A DNA stretch of 64,000 bases from Dictyostelium discoideum (taxonomy: Eukaryota), in contig CM000152.2 of NCBI GenBank assembly GCA_000004695.1, positions 2,656,001 through 2,720,000 on the forward strand, in the 5' to 3' direction. A program made the translations under genes and the position numbers. The notes under the pieces were generated by a model, which saw only the letters and a list, made by a program, of their open reading frames with translations, searched no databases and had not been told where the DNA came from. How positions within the stretch are numbered: position 1 is the stretch's first letter; each line of letters opens with the position of its first letter. This document shows positions 25,663-37,140 of the stretch, in pieces.

Positions 25663-26741
25663 ATGAAATCTTCACCATCAACGACATCGCCATCGGCTTC
25701 AAATCCACAATTTAAACTCAAAAGTATGTTTTTATATATATATATATATGCTTAAATCAAAAATTAAAGTAACGCAATAACAATATTAATTTTTTTATTT
25801 TTTTTATTTTTTTTATTTTTTTTTATTTTCAAAATATAGAACCAAATAAATTTTCAACTACTACAGCAAAATCTATTGTGCCATTAAATCTTGGTAGTGA
25901 GAAAAGTGAAAAGGGTTTAGTAAGTAATAATGGAATTTTTTCAAATACAATAAACACATCAGGACAACCAACCATACCATTGGTTTCTTCTAATAGTGTT
26001 TGGGGTGGAGTAAAACCAGCCACTCCCGTTATTACAACTACACCAACACCATCATCAACAACAACAGCAACAACAACACCAGTAACACCATCATCACCTC
26101 AACAAACTACATCAACAACAAATACAACATCATCAAACACTAATACAAATACAGGAGCACCACAAACAGTTGCAAGTTTAATCCAATCAACTCTTTTACA
26201 TCCATCACTTATAAATTCTTCTACATCATCACCACTTGGTGGCTCAACTTCATCTTCAACATCATCAATTTCATCTTCAACAGAAAATTTAGCTGCTTCA
26301 TCAACTTCACCTCCACCACCACAACCATCATCATCATCACAACCATCATCATCAACTACTACAAACCCAATAAATAATGCATCAACAACTGCGCAATCTC
26401 AATCAAATACTGTAGATACACAACAAACATCAAACACATCAAATTTAGTTATACCACCACAACCAACCACCACCACAACAACAACAACAGCGACCCCATC
26501 AACAACTAATCCAACTACAACAAATGATTCCTATATTTCACCATCTGTCGCAAAAAAGAAAGATATTATTCAACCACCATCACCTCCAACCTTTTCAACA
26601 ATTAATAAAAATACCAATTATCCTGCACTTGGTAAAAAAGATGAATTAAATAAACCAAAAACAATTGCCATGGAATATACATCAGCAGTAACAACAGCAA
26701 CAGCATCATCAACATCAATACATCTAACTCAACCACAATGA
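25663..26741 (+). CDS. Ser/Thr-rich low-complexity protein (2 exons), hypothetical
   Basis: Exon 1 25663..25723 (MKSSPSTTSPSASNPQFKLK), GTATGT donor, acceptor at 25839, exon 2 25840..26741 (long T/S/P-rich ORF). The stop lies 25 nt before the assembly gap. Confidence 0.55.
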
Positions 26742-26766
26742 TAGCATCATAACAAATAATGATCAA

Positions 26767-26866
26767 NNNNNNNNNNNNNNNNNNNNNNNNNNNNNNNNNN
26801 NNNNNNNNNNNNNNNNNNNNNNNNNNNNNNNNNNNNNNNNNNNNNNNNNNNNNNNNNNNNNNNNNN
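26767..26866. other. Assembly gap (100 N)
   Basis: A run of exactly 100 n characters. Its flanks cannot be assumed contiguous. Confidence 0.99.
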
Positions 26867-26997
26867 TAGATAACAAACCAAAACCATCAATTTCACTATT
26901 TGCAAATAAAACAAGGAAAGGAAGAGAGAATAGATCAATATTATATTACCTTTTAATATCAATTAAAAATCAAATATCAAATGATGATTTTTTAATT

Positions 26998-27540
26998 ATG
27001 GAACAATTAGTAACTATATGTTTTAAATTATATAGTGACTCTTTTGATGAAAATGATTTAAATTCACTTCAAGTATTAATTGAATCATTTAATGCAAAAG
27101 TAAATTTAATTACTGAAACAGAAATAATGAATTTCCACTTGTTGTTACATTATCCAATCTATATAAAAAATTGGGGTGCACCAAAATACACTTCAGCTGA
27201 AACTTTTGAAGCACAATTATCAAGAATTAAAAATTATTTAAATAATAATACAAATAATAGGGATGAACAATATGAAAGGGTTACCAAATTAAACATGGTG
27301 AAATTTTTTAATTCAGTAGATAAATTAAAAAGTATTGAGCCTGAAAGTACAGCATTAATTATTGGTAACAAAATAAAAAATCCAGGTAATATAGATAATA
27401 TAAAAATTAAATTAGATTCATTATTTCAAAATTATAAAAATATAACTTTTCACTCATCAATTAAAAATAATAAAGAAATATACAATATTGGTGATGCAGT
27501 TGAAGTTGCATCAGATAATGAACTTTCAGGTATGTTGTAG
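26998..27540 (+). CDS. Hypothetical ORF (180 aa) ending exactly at the terminus of the Tdd-4-like transposon
   Basis: A 180-aa ORF with reasonable composition and no recognised domain. Its final codons ATG TTG TAG overlap the terminal TGTTGTAGGG of the inverted repeat, so the C-terminus is probably created by the insertion. Confidence 0.3.
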   Translation: MEQLVTICFKLYSDSFDENDLNSLQVLIESFNAKVNLITETEIMNFHLLLHYPIYIKNWGAPKYTSAETFEAQLSRIKNYLNNNTNNRDEQYERVTKLNMVKFFNSVDKLKSIEPESTALIIGNKIKNPGNIDNIKIKLDSLFQNYKNITFHSSIKNNKEIYNIGDAVEVASDNELSGML

Positions 27541-27735
27541 GGAATTTTCCATAAAATTTCACTACAGTAGCGTAGTGAATTTTATTATTTAATTTCACTA
27601 CAGTAGCGTAGTGAAAAAAAAAAATCACTGACCTTAAATTTTTTTTTTTTTCAAAAAACAAATAAAGTTTATTAAATTGAAATTTTATTTTTTGTTTTAA
27701 TTATTATTTTATTTATTTTTATTATAATTATTGTT

Positions 27736-27774
<39 letters not shown>

Positions 27775-28549
27775 CAATTTTTTTTTTTAAATTTTTTTCA
27801 TTTTTTATTTGTTTATTAAATTGTATTTTTATTTTTTGTTTTAATTATTATTTTATTTATTATTATTGTTAATTTTTTTTTTTTTTCAATTTTTTTTTTT
27901 TTAATTTATTTTTATTAATTTATTTTTATTAACTCCCTGAGTTGTTCAATTGCTTGATTTACCATATCACTGTAAACACTGCACACAATTGAATTTTTTC
28001 TAGCTTTGTTACCTCTGGTGCATTTGATGTTTTTGCATTTTCCTTTGTATACAAAAAAGTCCAAATATAATTCGTTTTCTATTACAGTTTTTACACAATG
28101 TTGGTGAAATTGTTTTGATTTTAATTCTAATGCTTCTAACATCATATTTGAATTTTTAACGATTAAAGCATCACCACTATTTACATATAGTACTTTGGCT
28201 GCTTTTTCGAGGAATTTAGTCAAATTTTCCTCTGAATCTAACTATTCTTCATTGCCATATTCAATGGCTAAATTTCTTAAGAGTTTTATCGAATCTATTA
28301 ATTCTTCGATCATTCTTTTTTTTTGAAATTTTTTTTTATTTTGTTTTTTCAATTTTTTTTTTTTATTTTGTTTTTTCAATTTTTTTTAAGTTTTATTTTT
28401 TTTTATTTTTTTTTATTTTTTTTAACAAATGTAATTTTTTTTTATTTTTTTCAATTTTTTTTTTTTTTTAATTTTTAATTTTTTTTTTTTTTTTTAATTT
28501 TTTGTGTTGATTTGTGTTTTTTTTGTTTTTTTGATTTGGCCACTTGTTT

Positions 28550-31500
28550 TTATTTTCTAATTTCCCCATACCCCCTTCTATTAATTGCAACCAAATCAAG
28601 TTCTAATTTTTGTGTCCTTGTTAACTTTGTTTTTGCAACTTTTTTTGAAGGTATCACATTAACGATTTTTCCTATTGATGGTGATTTGGAAGGTGATTTA
28701 AATGGTGATTTAAAAGGTGAATTGGAAGGTGATTTAAATGGTGAATTGGAAGGTGAAATGGATGGTGATTTGGAAGGTGATTTAAATGGTGATTTGGAAG
28801 GTGATTTAAATGGTGATTTAAATGGTGAATTGGAAGGTGAAATGGATGGTGATTTGAGAGGTGATTTGGATGGTTTAGAATGTGATTTTAAAGGAGGTTT
28901 ATTAACAATTGGTATCTTATGAGGACGGCCTCTGAGACGTTTAACAGTTGTTACTATACCACTACCAGATTGTGGTATAGTATACGATGGTATTATTTGC
29001 ACTTGAGGTATTGGTGGTACTATTTCTTTTAAATTCATATCCTTTCTCAAACAATTCATTAAATTTGGCGCTGTTGGATTATTATTTAAAAATGGGAGTA
29101 TTTCTTCTTGTTCCATTTCATTATTGAGTTTGTGTTGAAATGGATTATCGTTAATGATAGGTGGAATATTTGATGGATTGTTAAGAGCATCTTCCAAAAC
29201 CCTAAATGGATCATTTTGTGTTACCAATTGATGCAAGTTGAAATTGGATAAATCCTTACCAAGATTTTTAATAAACTGAACCAGAAATTCAATAACTTTC
29301 CCATCATTATTTAAATAAAGACCAGAAGTAAAAGAATCAATATCTTTTTGTATGTTTGGCGATGTTCTAAAAATATCAACTGTTGATTGTTTATAAAGAA
29401 CCAACTTGTTACCTCCTACAAAACCAGAGTATAAACCTTTTTTTTGAAGGCTATTGATTCCATCTTCCAAAAATTCAAGTTTATAAAGTTGTTTAGTGTC
29501 TTCCTGTATTACCTTATGAATTTTACACAAAATCAATATTTTCTATTAGAATTAAATATAAAATTTGTTAATTATTACTGTTTCATATATTATTAATCTT
29601 TATGTTTTAATTACTTACATTATTTTTTTTAATTTCTAGAAAGAGTACAGTATCACCAACTTTCAATCCCTTTGGTGGTTTTGAATTCCATTGATTTTGG
29701 TAACTTGTGAGATTTTCAAGAATAATAGCTGTTCTTTCTTCTTTTGAAACATCTGAAACACCAATTGATTGAGAGTCTTGTTCTGATTGAACATTAATAA
29801 ACAAAGGAACAATACCAACAGCTTGAGATGGTGTCATTTTAATTGTTCTTGTTTTTGTATTATTGTAATCATACAAAGCTTGTTTTAATAGTTCAGAAAG
29901 AGACCTAGAAGTACCATCAAGAAAACTAAAATTTATTTATAAATGATTAATTAATAAACATATCGATAATTTATATTGTTCACAATATCATACTCTTGTT
30001 GTTTTAATTTTGAGATCCTCTCCTTGATAGTTCGATTCAATCTTTCTACCATACCTTGAGTTGTTGGTGTACGAGGAGCTCCATGTGCTGACTTGGAGCC
30101 TGGAAAAAGTTTTAGGAATTCTTTTTGGACTTTGTTTTTAAATTCACGTCCATTATCGCAGTGCCATACTTTCACAGGTTTGCCAAAGTACGTGAGAGCC
30201 AAAAAATTGTATATGGGAACTGTTCTCTTTGTTGTCAAACATCTAAAAAATAAATGATAATTAAAATAAAAAAAGAAAACTAATAAATTAATAAATAAAA
30301 AATAAATACCTTCCAGTAGCAAATTTTGTAAAAGAATCTATGCATAGAATAATGTAAACAACATCGGTGTCGTACGGTTGTACAGAGTCATATTGGATAA
30401 GATCATCTAGTTTAGTTAGTATCTTTTCATTATCATCATCGTATGTAACTTTTTCTTTATGTTCACCTTTAATTGATGTTAAATCATAAACCAATCTTGA
30501 GTATTCCTCGGTATCTACAATTGGAGCAAAATCCTTTGTTATACCTATTAATTTATTTAAATTATTAAAAGAGTTTTAATATAAAAGTTACAAAACATCA
30601 TATAAAAATGATTGATACCAAACCTTTTATTCTATTTCGTTGGCAAATGTCACACGTATCTACTGCATCAGATACAAAAGAATACAATCCCATATTATAA
30701 TATTTAGTCTTGTAGTTCCCATAGGTTGCATCTCTTCCTACACAGCGAAGAAAAAACCACCTTTAAATTCGCTTTAAATTAAATTTAAATTTGCTTTAAA
30801 GTCCTGAATTAAAGCAATTTTAAAGGTAATTTTAAAGGTAATTTTTAAGGTTACTTTAAAATCACCTTAAAAATTACCTTTAAAATTCCTTTAAAAATTA
30901 CTTTTTTAATCGCTTTAAAAGCGAGGTCCTGAGTTCGAAGCCGTTATTTAACGGATAAATTTTTTAAAATTTTTTTTTTAATTTTTCAAAAAATTACCAA
31001 AAGGGATTCGATCCCCCGACCCTCTATCAAAGGGTAGTCTCATCAACCATTACACCATTTGATTGCTTTGATGAAAATTTAAAAATGATAGAATATTTTA
31101 TCCCCATTTTTTTGTTCTAAAATTAGATCTTTTTTATTAAAAACCTTAAATTTATGTTTAAAGGAAATTTAAATTCACTTTAAATCTACTTTAAATCTAC
31201 TTTAAATTCTATTTAAAATTAATTTAAAATAAATTTTAAAGGTATTTTTAAATATCTTAAAAATTATCTTAAAAATTACCTTAAAAATCACCTTTAAAAT
31301 CACCTTTAAAATCACCTTTAAAATTGCTTAAAAATTTATTTTAAAGCAAATTTTAAAGGCATTTTTAAATATCTTTAAAATTACCTTAAAAATTACCTTA
31401 AAAATGAATTTTTTAAACGCGGCTTTAAATTCAATTTAAATCCAATTTAAATCAACTTTTCTTTAAATTTGCTTTAAAGGTGCATTTTTCTTTGCTGTGT

Positions 31501-31808
31501 ATATGACCTTTATGCATTTCTTCCCAGAGTGATACCATTCTATAATCATTAATTACTTCTAAACACACTTCTTTTGATATATTTCTATCTCCGCCACAAT
31601 TCATGACTTTTTTTTCAATTCTAAATAATTTTTCTTTTCTGTTTCTGTTTTTTATTGGTCAGAATTTAAAAAATGATTGTGTTATTGTAAGGAAAAATAT
31701 TTACTCATCATGTAAAAATTTATAATTTTTATGTTTAGTATTTTCAAAATTATTATCTTCAATAAATTTTAAATAATTTATAATTTCATTTATTTTATCT
31801 TGTTTCAT
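28550..31808 (-). CDS. Integrase-like DDE transposase of the Tdd-4-like element (multi-exon, about 700 aa; one exon disrupted by a nested insertion)
   Basis: ATG at 31808 (MKQDKINEII...). An HHCC zinc-finger-like region lies at about 30560..30700 (CDICQRNRIK), downstream of the insertion. The catalytic core lies at about 29950..30480 (DTDVVYIILCIDSFTKFATGR; WHCDNGREF; GAPRTPTTQGMVERLNRTIKE). The C-terminal SPxK/KSP repeat region is ORF 28550..29536. Exons are separated by short AT-rich GT..AG introns. The exon at about 31503..31640 is interrupted by the 30741..31499 insertion. Confidence 0.55.
30741..31499 (+). mobile_element. Unclassified ~760-bp TIR element (TTTAAAGG-type tandem arrays plus tRNA-derived core), copy 1, nested in the transposase exon
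   Basis: Terminal inverted repeats CACAGCGAAGAAAAAACCACCTTTAAA ... TTTAAAGGTGCATTTTTCTTTGCTGTG. Each half carries arrays of 8-10-bp units (ttaaaggta, ttaaaatcacc, tttaaatct and similar). The centre has a tRNA-like segment with a B-box-like GGGATCGAATCCC and an ACCCT-TTGATAG-AGGGT anticodon-like hairpin, but it does not fold as a complete tRNA. Confidence 0.6.
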
Positions 31809-31823
31809 TTTGGGAAAATGAAA

Positions 31824-31858
<35 letters not shown>

Positions 31859-32134
31859 TGTTGGGGAAAAAAAAAAAAAGTTTTGGCGCAAAAAAAAAAA
31901 AAAAAATAAAATAAAAAAAAAAAAAAATAAAATAAAAAAAAAAAAAAATAAAAAAACTTATATAGAACTAATAATCAAATAAAAGATAATAATTTAATAA
32001 ACTTTATTTGTTTTTTGAAAAAAAAAAAATTTAGGGTCAGTGATTTTTTTTTTTCACTACGCTACTGTAGTGAAATTAAATAATAAAATTCACTACGCTA
32101 CTGTAGTGAAATTTTATTGAAAATTCCCTACAAC

Positions 32135-35100
32135 ACCGACTCTCAAATGTTTAATCGTCCCAAACAGAGAAAACATGGATAAACCCAAGATTATAATTAA
32201 CTCTCATTCCAAAGAAAAACAATTCAAATTAATTCTCGATACTGGAAGTAATGTTAGTTTAATCAATAAGAGGTTGATTTCAAAAGATATGAAGAACCAC
32301 GTTCACAAAACCAAAGCCAAGATTAACTTCCCGCTACTAGACGTCAAAGAAGAGTTTGTTGAACAAATCAATATGCAAGTTAACAATGAAATTCATAACT
32401 TCTTTATTATAGAATTGGATATCATTGATGTACTTTTCGGTAATGATATCCTTAAGGACTCTATCATTAACCAAAAAGATAAAATAATCAAGTTGAATAA
32501 TAGTACATACAAAATTAATTATCAACAGTCGAATCAATTACATTGTAATGTAAAAGCTCCAAGAAAACATGTTACCGTATCCAATGATAATCAGTCACAT
32601 AATCTACTGGATGATGATGAAGATATCAAAGAACAAGTTACAAAGTTTGTTGAAAGCATTCCTTCACAACTTTGTGATATACTGGTTAAAACTAATCCAG
32701 AAGAAGAAGAGATACAAGCAGTACGAGATTTCATTAATGACTCATTCGAAGATGTTATAGTAGATAAACTTCCTGATATTCCAGATCAGATTAACAATTC
32801 CAGAAGAGGTAATATCATACATAATATCATAATCAAGAAAGGTCAAGATGTTGAACCAACAAAGAAACAAATCTATTACTCAACAGATGATCATAAGAGA
32901 CATGTCGAAGAGATGGTTCTCAAATTTATAGACTTAGGTATTATCAAAAGATCAGAATCAAATTACTCATCTCCAATCATGTTATTAAAGAAGAGAGATT
33001 CATGGCGTGTAGTCCACGACTATCGTCAACTAAATAAAGTCACTGTTAGAGACGATCATCCATTCACTCCGGTTGATAGTCTTTTAAATCAATGTAAAGA
33101 TTCAAAGCTTTTCTCAAAGTTTGACATGATTATGGGTTATTTCCAAGTGTTAATTAATCCAGAACACGCAAAGTACACCGCTTTCATTACACATATTGGT
33201 AAATTTGAATATACTAGAATGCCACAAGGTTTAGTCAACTCTCCATCCACATTCGCCAGATTGATGGTCGAAATATTTGGAAAAATCAAAAGTTTATTAC
33301 AATACTTTGATGATCTTTTGGTTCATTCAAAACTCGACTACATGGTACATTTCATTGAAATCATTAGAATGCTTCTATATTGTAGAAAGTACCTATTATT
33401 CATTTCAAGAGAAAAGAGTGAAATGTTAAAGACTGAAGTTGATTTCCTTGGTTTTCACATTCATAAAGATGGTATATCTCCAAGAGCTGCAAAGGTTAGA
33501 GCTATCTCTGAGTTACCTGAACCAAGAAACGCCAAAGAAGCTGAAGCTGCATTAGGTCTTTTTGGATTCTTCAGGAGACACATTGAAAATTACGCTGAAA
33601 AAACCTATCACCTTTCCAAAGAATCAAAAGGGAAAAACAAGAAAACTCTTTCTGATGAATCACTCAAAGAATTCAATAATCTAAAGAAAGAGTTTGAAGG
33701 TGAAAATATTGTCGCTATTCCAATTGAACAAGATAACTCCATATCAATAGATATCGAAAAGGTTAAAGCATCAACAGACATGCCAATCCATTCAGATAAT
33801 AATAATATAAACAATGGTAGTTTTCACTTGTATTGTGATGTTAGTGATAAAGCATTATCAGGTGTGTTATATCAAATCCAAGGTGATAAATTCAAAGTCA
33901 TTTGGTTCCACAGTAGAAAACTTACTGATACTCAAAAGAGGTACAGCATAGGTGATAGAGAGTTCCTTTCAATCATTGATTCTCTAAAGAAGTTTCAACA
34001 TTTATTAATTGGTAAAAAGGTTTCAATCTACACTGATCACCAAAATCTTACATATATTATCAATAAGTCAAACGATAAACCGTTCACAAAGAGACAAGAT
34101 AATTATATGAAATATATTAAAGAATTTGATTATGAATTAAGACATATAAGTGGTAAAAAGAATGGTATAGCTGATTTCTTGTCTCGTAAATATGATAATT
34201 TCCAATGGGATGAATCGTTTTTAAATAAAATTAAGGAAGAACAAATCAATTCTCAATGGCTATTAGAGATGAAAAAGAATCCAAATTTATGCATTGAAGA
34301 AATTAATGATATCTGCTACCTTAGTGAAGATGGGTTCAAGAAATTAATCATCATAGATAAAGAAACTATTCATACCGTCATTAGAGAATATCACGATACC
34401 AAATATAGTGGTCATCACGCTTTAGATATCACATACAATAATATAAGACAAGATTACTATTTCAAAGAAATGTTTTCTATTATCAAGAGGTACATAAAGT
34501 CTTGTGCAACATGTCAATTGAACATTAACCGTAAAGATAATGGTATACTCCAAAGTTTAGAAATTCCCTTTGAAGTTTGGAGAGATATATCAATCGATTT
34601 CTTATCGCTACCAAAAACAATGTATGCAATAAACGGATTTACAGTTGAAGTCGATCAAGTTTGTGTCATTGTTTGTAGATTATCTAAAATGGTTCATATA
34701 GTTCCATGTCATAAGACAATAGATGCCCAACATACTGCTCAATTATTGTTGAATCATGTGTTCAGACTCCATGGTTATCCAAGAACAATCGTCTCCGATA
34801 GAGATCCAAGGTTCCTTTCAGAAATATGGGAGAGATGGGCAAAGACGATGGATTCTAAACTCAAGATGACTGTGGCACACAGAGCACAAGCTGATGGTCA
34901 AACTGAAAGAATGAATAGAGAAATTATTAGAATATTAACTAAAGCCTCTACAGAGTATGGGGAGAATTGGTCAGATATCATTCCACTTATTGAATTTGCA
35001 ATGAACTCATCAATGAGCAAGTCTACAAAGATGTCACCATTCCAAATCGTTTATGGATTCAATCCACCAACTCCCGTTAATCACTTCAATTCATTAACAA

Positions 35101-36430
35101 AGACTCGTATACCAATGAGCAACATCAAAAAGATTGTCCGTGATAATATACTAGATGCTCAAATCAATGCTCAAAAGTACTACAACCGAGGTCGTGGTGA
35201 TGTTATCTTCGTAGTCGGAGAAAAGGTTATGGTTAAAAGAAAATTCTTCCAAACTAACCTTTCAAAAGATCTAATCTCTCATAAACTTGAATCCAAGAAT
35301 TGTGGACCATTCATAATCACTGCCGTTCATGGTAATAATGTAACACTCGATTTAGTAGGTTATCCAAAGAAACACAATGTGTTCAACAAGGATCAAATCG
35401 TAAAACTATATGAGGACAGTGAGTGGTTAAGAGAAGAGATATCGATGCCCGAACCTGAGGAGATGGACGAAGCAAGTTACGAAGTTGAAAGTATTCTCAA
35501 TCACGATAAAGTCAAAAAGATGTACCTAGTGAAGTTCAAAGGTTACCCAGAACCTGAATGGATCAAAGAAGTCGATACAGACTGTGAAGAGTTAGTCAGA
35601 GAGTATTGGAATAACGTGCAGAAGAAACAATTGAACTCAAGAAGAGAAAGAGAGAATGTAACTACAGAAGCCGTTGAGCCAATTGTGTCACCTCCGCTCT
35701 CCCAAGAAGTTCAAAGTTCTCAAACATTGCAACCAATTACTCCAAGACAACAAAACTCCATCTCAAATCAAAGAAACCAATCAAAGAAAAGAAAATCAAG
35801 AAATCAAAATACTCAAAGTGATGATGATGAACTTGATCTTAGTTTACAAATTAAAACAACTAGATCAGGAAGAAAAGTTACACCCAAGAGTTTATAGTCC
35901 ACCTCTGAGCCATAGCTAGCCTAAAGAAGGAAGGGGAAGGTGTTAGAGACTCAAAACTAAATTAATTTAAAGTTAGTATGAGCTCAACAACGTAACAAAT
36001 TCGCGCATCTCCATATAAAAATATTTCATTTAATTTTTATTTTTATTTTTTAATTTTTTATTTTTTCAGTCAAAAAATAAAAAATTAAATTAAAAAAAAT
36101 TAAATTAAATTAAAATTTAAAAAAATAATAAAAATTCTGATTTTCGGTTTAGTTGGCATAACGCCCTTACTTTTAATTATCTCTTTTATGTATGTTTACT
36201 TTTATGATATTAGTCTTTCACTCTTTCTATCCTTCATATTAAAATACATTACTTTAAAGATTGGACTGTTTGATTTAAGATTGAATAAATGTGACAATGG
36301 ATTGAAGATTAGTGTGAGTGACTTTTACACTATCGGAGATGAATCATTTAATAATTTGTCAATAGGTAATGTATTAGGAAATGCAAATGCTCCAAACCCA
36401 ATGGAAAACCAGAGAATAATAATTAGAAGA
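32135..36430 (+). mobile_element. Skipper-like (chromovirus, Ty3/gypsy) LTR retrotransposon, 5'-truncated by the Tdd-4-like insertion, with a partial 3' LTR
   Basis: The pol ORF starts mid-protease right after the transposon terminus. A polypurine tract AAGAAGGAAGGGGAAGG at about 35915..35932 is followed by a TG-initiated LTR-like sequence from about 35935. That sequence is cut off at 36430 by another element. Confidence 0.55.
32175..35897 (+). CDS. Pol polyprotein (protease, RT, RNase H, integrase, chromodomain), 1240 aa
   Basis: Protease LILDTGSN. RT YXDD motif QYFDDLLVHS. Integrase HHCC (HHALDITYNN...CATCQLN) with a DDE core. C-terminal chromodomain YEVESILNHDKVKKMYLVKFKGYPEPEWIKEVD. Confidence 0.8.
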   Translation: MDKPKIIINSHSKEKQFKLILDTGSNVSLINKRLISKDMKNHVHKTKAKINFPLLDVKEEFVEQINMQVNNEIHNFFIIELDIIDVLFGNDILKDSIINQKDKIIKLNNSTYKINYQQSNQLHCNVKAPRKHVTVSNDNQSHNLLDDDEDIKEQVTKFVESIPSQLCDILVKTNPEEEEIQAVRDFINDSFEDVIVDKLPDIPDQINNSRRGNIIHNIIIKKGQDVEPTKKQIYYSTDDHKRHVEEMVLKFIDLGIIKRSESNYSSPIMLLKKRDSWRVVHDYRQLNKVTVRDDHPFTPVDSLLNQCKDSKLFSKFDMIMGYFQVLINPEHAKYTAFITHIGKFEYTRMPQGLVNSPSTFARLMVEIFGKIKSLLQYFDDLLVHSKLDYMVHFIEIIRMLLYCRKYLLFISREKSEMLKTEVDFLGFHIHKDGISPRAAKVRAISELPEPRNAKEAEAALGLFGFFRRHIENYAEKTYHLSKESKGKNKKTLSDESLKEFNNLKKEFEGENIVAIPIEQDNSISIDIEKVKASTDMPIHSDNNNINNGSFHLYCDVSDKALSGVLYQIQGDKFKVIWFHSRKLTDTQKRYSIGDREFLSIIDSLKKFQHLLIGKKVSIYTDHQNLTYIINKSNDKPFTKRQDNYMKYIKEFDYELRHISGKKNGIADFLSRKYDNFQWDESFLNKIKEEQINSQWLLEMKKNPNLCIEEINDICYLSEDGFKKLIIIDKETIHTVIREYHDTKYSGHHALDITYNNIRQDYYFKEMFSIIKRYIKSCATCQLNINRKDNGILQSLEIPFEVWRDISIDFLSLPKTMYAINGFTVEVDQVCVIVCRLSKMVHIVPCHKTIDAQHTAQLLLNHVFRLHGYPRTIVSDRDPRFLSEIWERWAKTMDSKLKMTVAHRAQADGQTERMNREIIRILTKASTEYGENWSDIIPLIEFAMNSSMSKSTKMSPFQIVYGFNPPTPVNHFNSLTKTRIPMSNIKKIVRDNILDAQINAQKYYNRGRGDVIFVVGEKVMVKRKFFQTNLSKDLISHKLESKNCGPFIITAVHGNNVTLDLVGYPKKHNVFNKDQIVKLYEDSEWLREEISMPEPEEMDEASYEVESILNHDKVKKMYLVKFKGYPEPEWIKEVDTDCEELVREYWNNVQKKQLNSRRERENVTTEAVEPIVSPPLSQEVQSSQTLQPITPRQQNSISNQRNQSKKRKSRNQNTQSDDDELDLSLQIKTTRSGRKVTPKSL

Positions 36431-36913
36431 CACAGCAAAGAAAAATGCACCTTTAAAGCAAATTTAAAGAAAAGTTGATTTAAATTGGATTTAAATTGAA
36501 TTTAAAGCCGCGTTTAAAAAATTCATTTTTAAGGTAATTTTTAAGGTAATTTTTAAGATATTTAAAAATGCCTTTAAAATTTGCTTTAAAATAAATTTTT
36601 AAGCAATTTTAAAGGTGATTTTAAAGGTGATTTTAAAGGTGATTTTTAAGGTAATTTTTAAGATAATTTTTAAGATATTTAAAAATACCTTTAAAATTTA
36701 TTTTAAATTAATTTTAAATAGGATTTAAAGTAGATTTAAAGTAGATTTAAAGTGAATTTAAATTTCCTTTAAACATAAATTTAAGGTTTTTAATATCTTT
36801 TGATCAATTCATATGATTAAAATAACCCTTCAGCTTAAATGATAAGCCTTTAAATAAATATTAAATAAAACTCGTATTAACACAGATGGACATATATCAA
36901 TCTTGTTAATCCA

Positions 36914-36965
<52 letters not shown>

Positions 36966-37140
36966 AAGCGATTAAAAAGGTAATTTTAAAGGTAATTTTA
37001 AAGGTAATTTTTAAGGTGATTTTAAAGTAACCTTAAAAATTACCTTTAAAATTACCTTTAAAATTGCTTTAATTCGGGACTTTAAAGCAAATTTAAATTT
37101 AATTTAAAGCGAATTTAAAGGTGGTTTTTTCTTCGCTGTG
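36431..37140 (-). mobile_element. Unclassified TIR/TTTAAAGG element, copy 2 (inverted); its central tRNA-like core is replaced by a TRE 3'-end fragment
   Basis: 36431..36795 is the reverse complement of the right half. 36796..36963 is a non-LTR 3' end (tcttttgatcaattcatatgattaaaataaccc...) plus A45, identical to the tail at 43138..43292. 36964..37140 is the reverse complement of the left-half terminus. Confidence 0.55.

Larger units (their letters stand above)
27533..32134 (-). mobile_element. Tdd-4-like DNA transposon (~4.6 kb; ~3.84 kb without the nested 759-bp insertion)
   Basis: ~150-bp terminal inverted repeats at 27533..27690 and 31975..32134, beginning TGTTGTAGGGAATTTTC and containing palindromic cactacgctactgtagtgaaatt motifs. 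The internal minus-strand gene encodes an integrase-like DDE transposase split by introns. Size, repeat length and the intron-containing integrase gene match published descriptions of Dictyostelium Tdd-4. No matching target-site duplication is seen: the flanks are aggta and ccgac. Confidence 0.6.

Noticed and set aside
28512-28922. Plus-strand ORF encoding (GDLEGDLNGDL)n.
   Set aside because: It is the antisense read of the KSPxKSP repeat region of the Tdd-4-like transposase, whose minus-strand ORF 28550..29536 continues the integrase core. It is a periodicity artefact.
30900-31080. tRNA-like segment inside each copy of the TIR/TTTAAAGG element (also at about 40340..40500 and 40720..40880).
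   Set aside because: It has a B-box-like GGGATCGAATCCC and an anticodon-like hairpin (anticodon GAT), but the variable arm and T-stem cannot be formed and no acceptor stem pairs. It is reported as a tRNA-derived core of a repeat, not as a tRNA gene.
36188-36478. ORF of 96 aa spanning the Skipper-like 3' LTR into the TIR element.
   Set aside because: It crosses an insertion junction, lies in LTR/UTR sequence and has no coding features.
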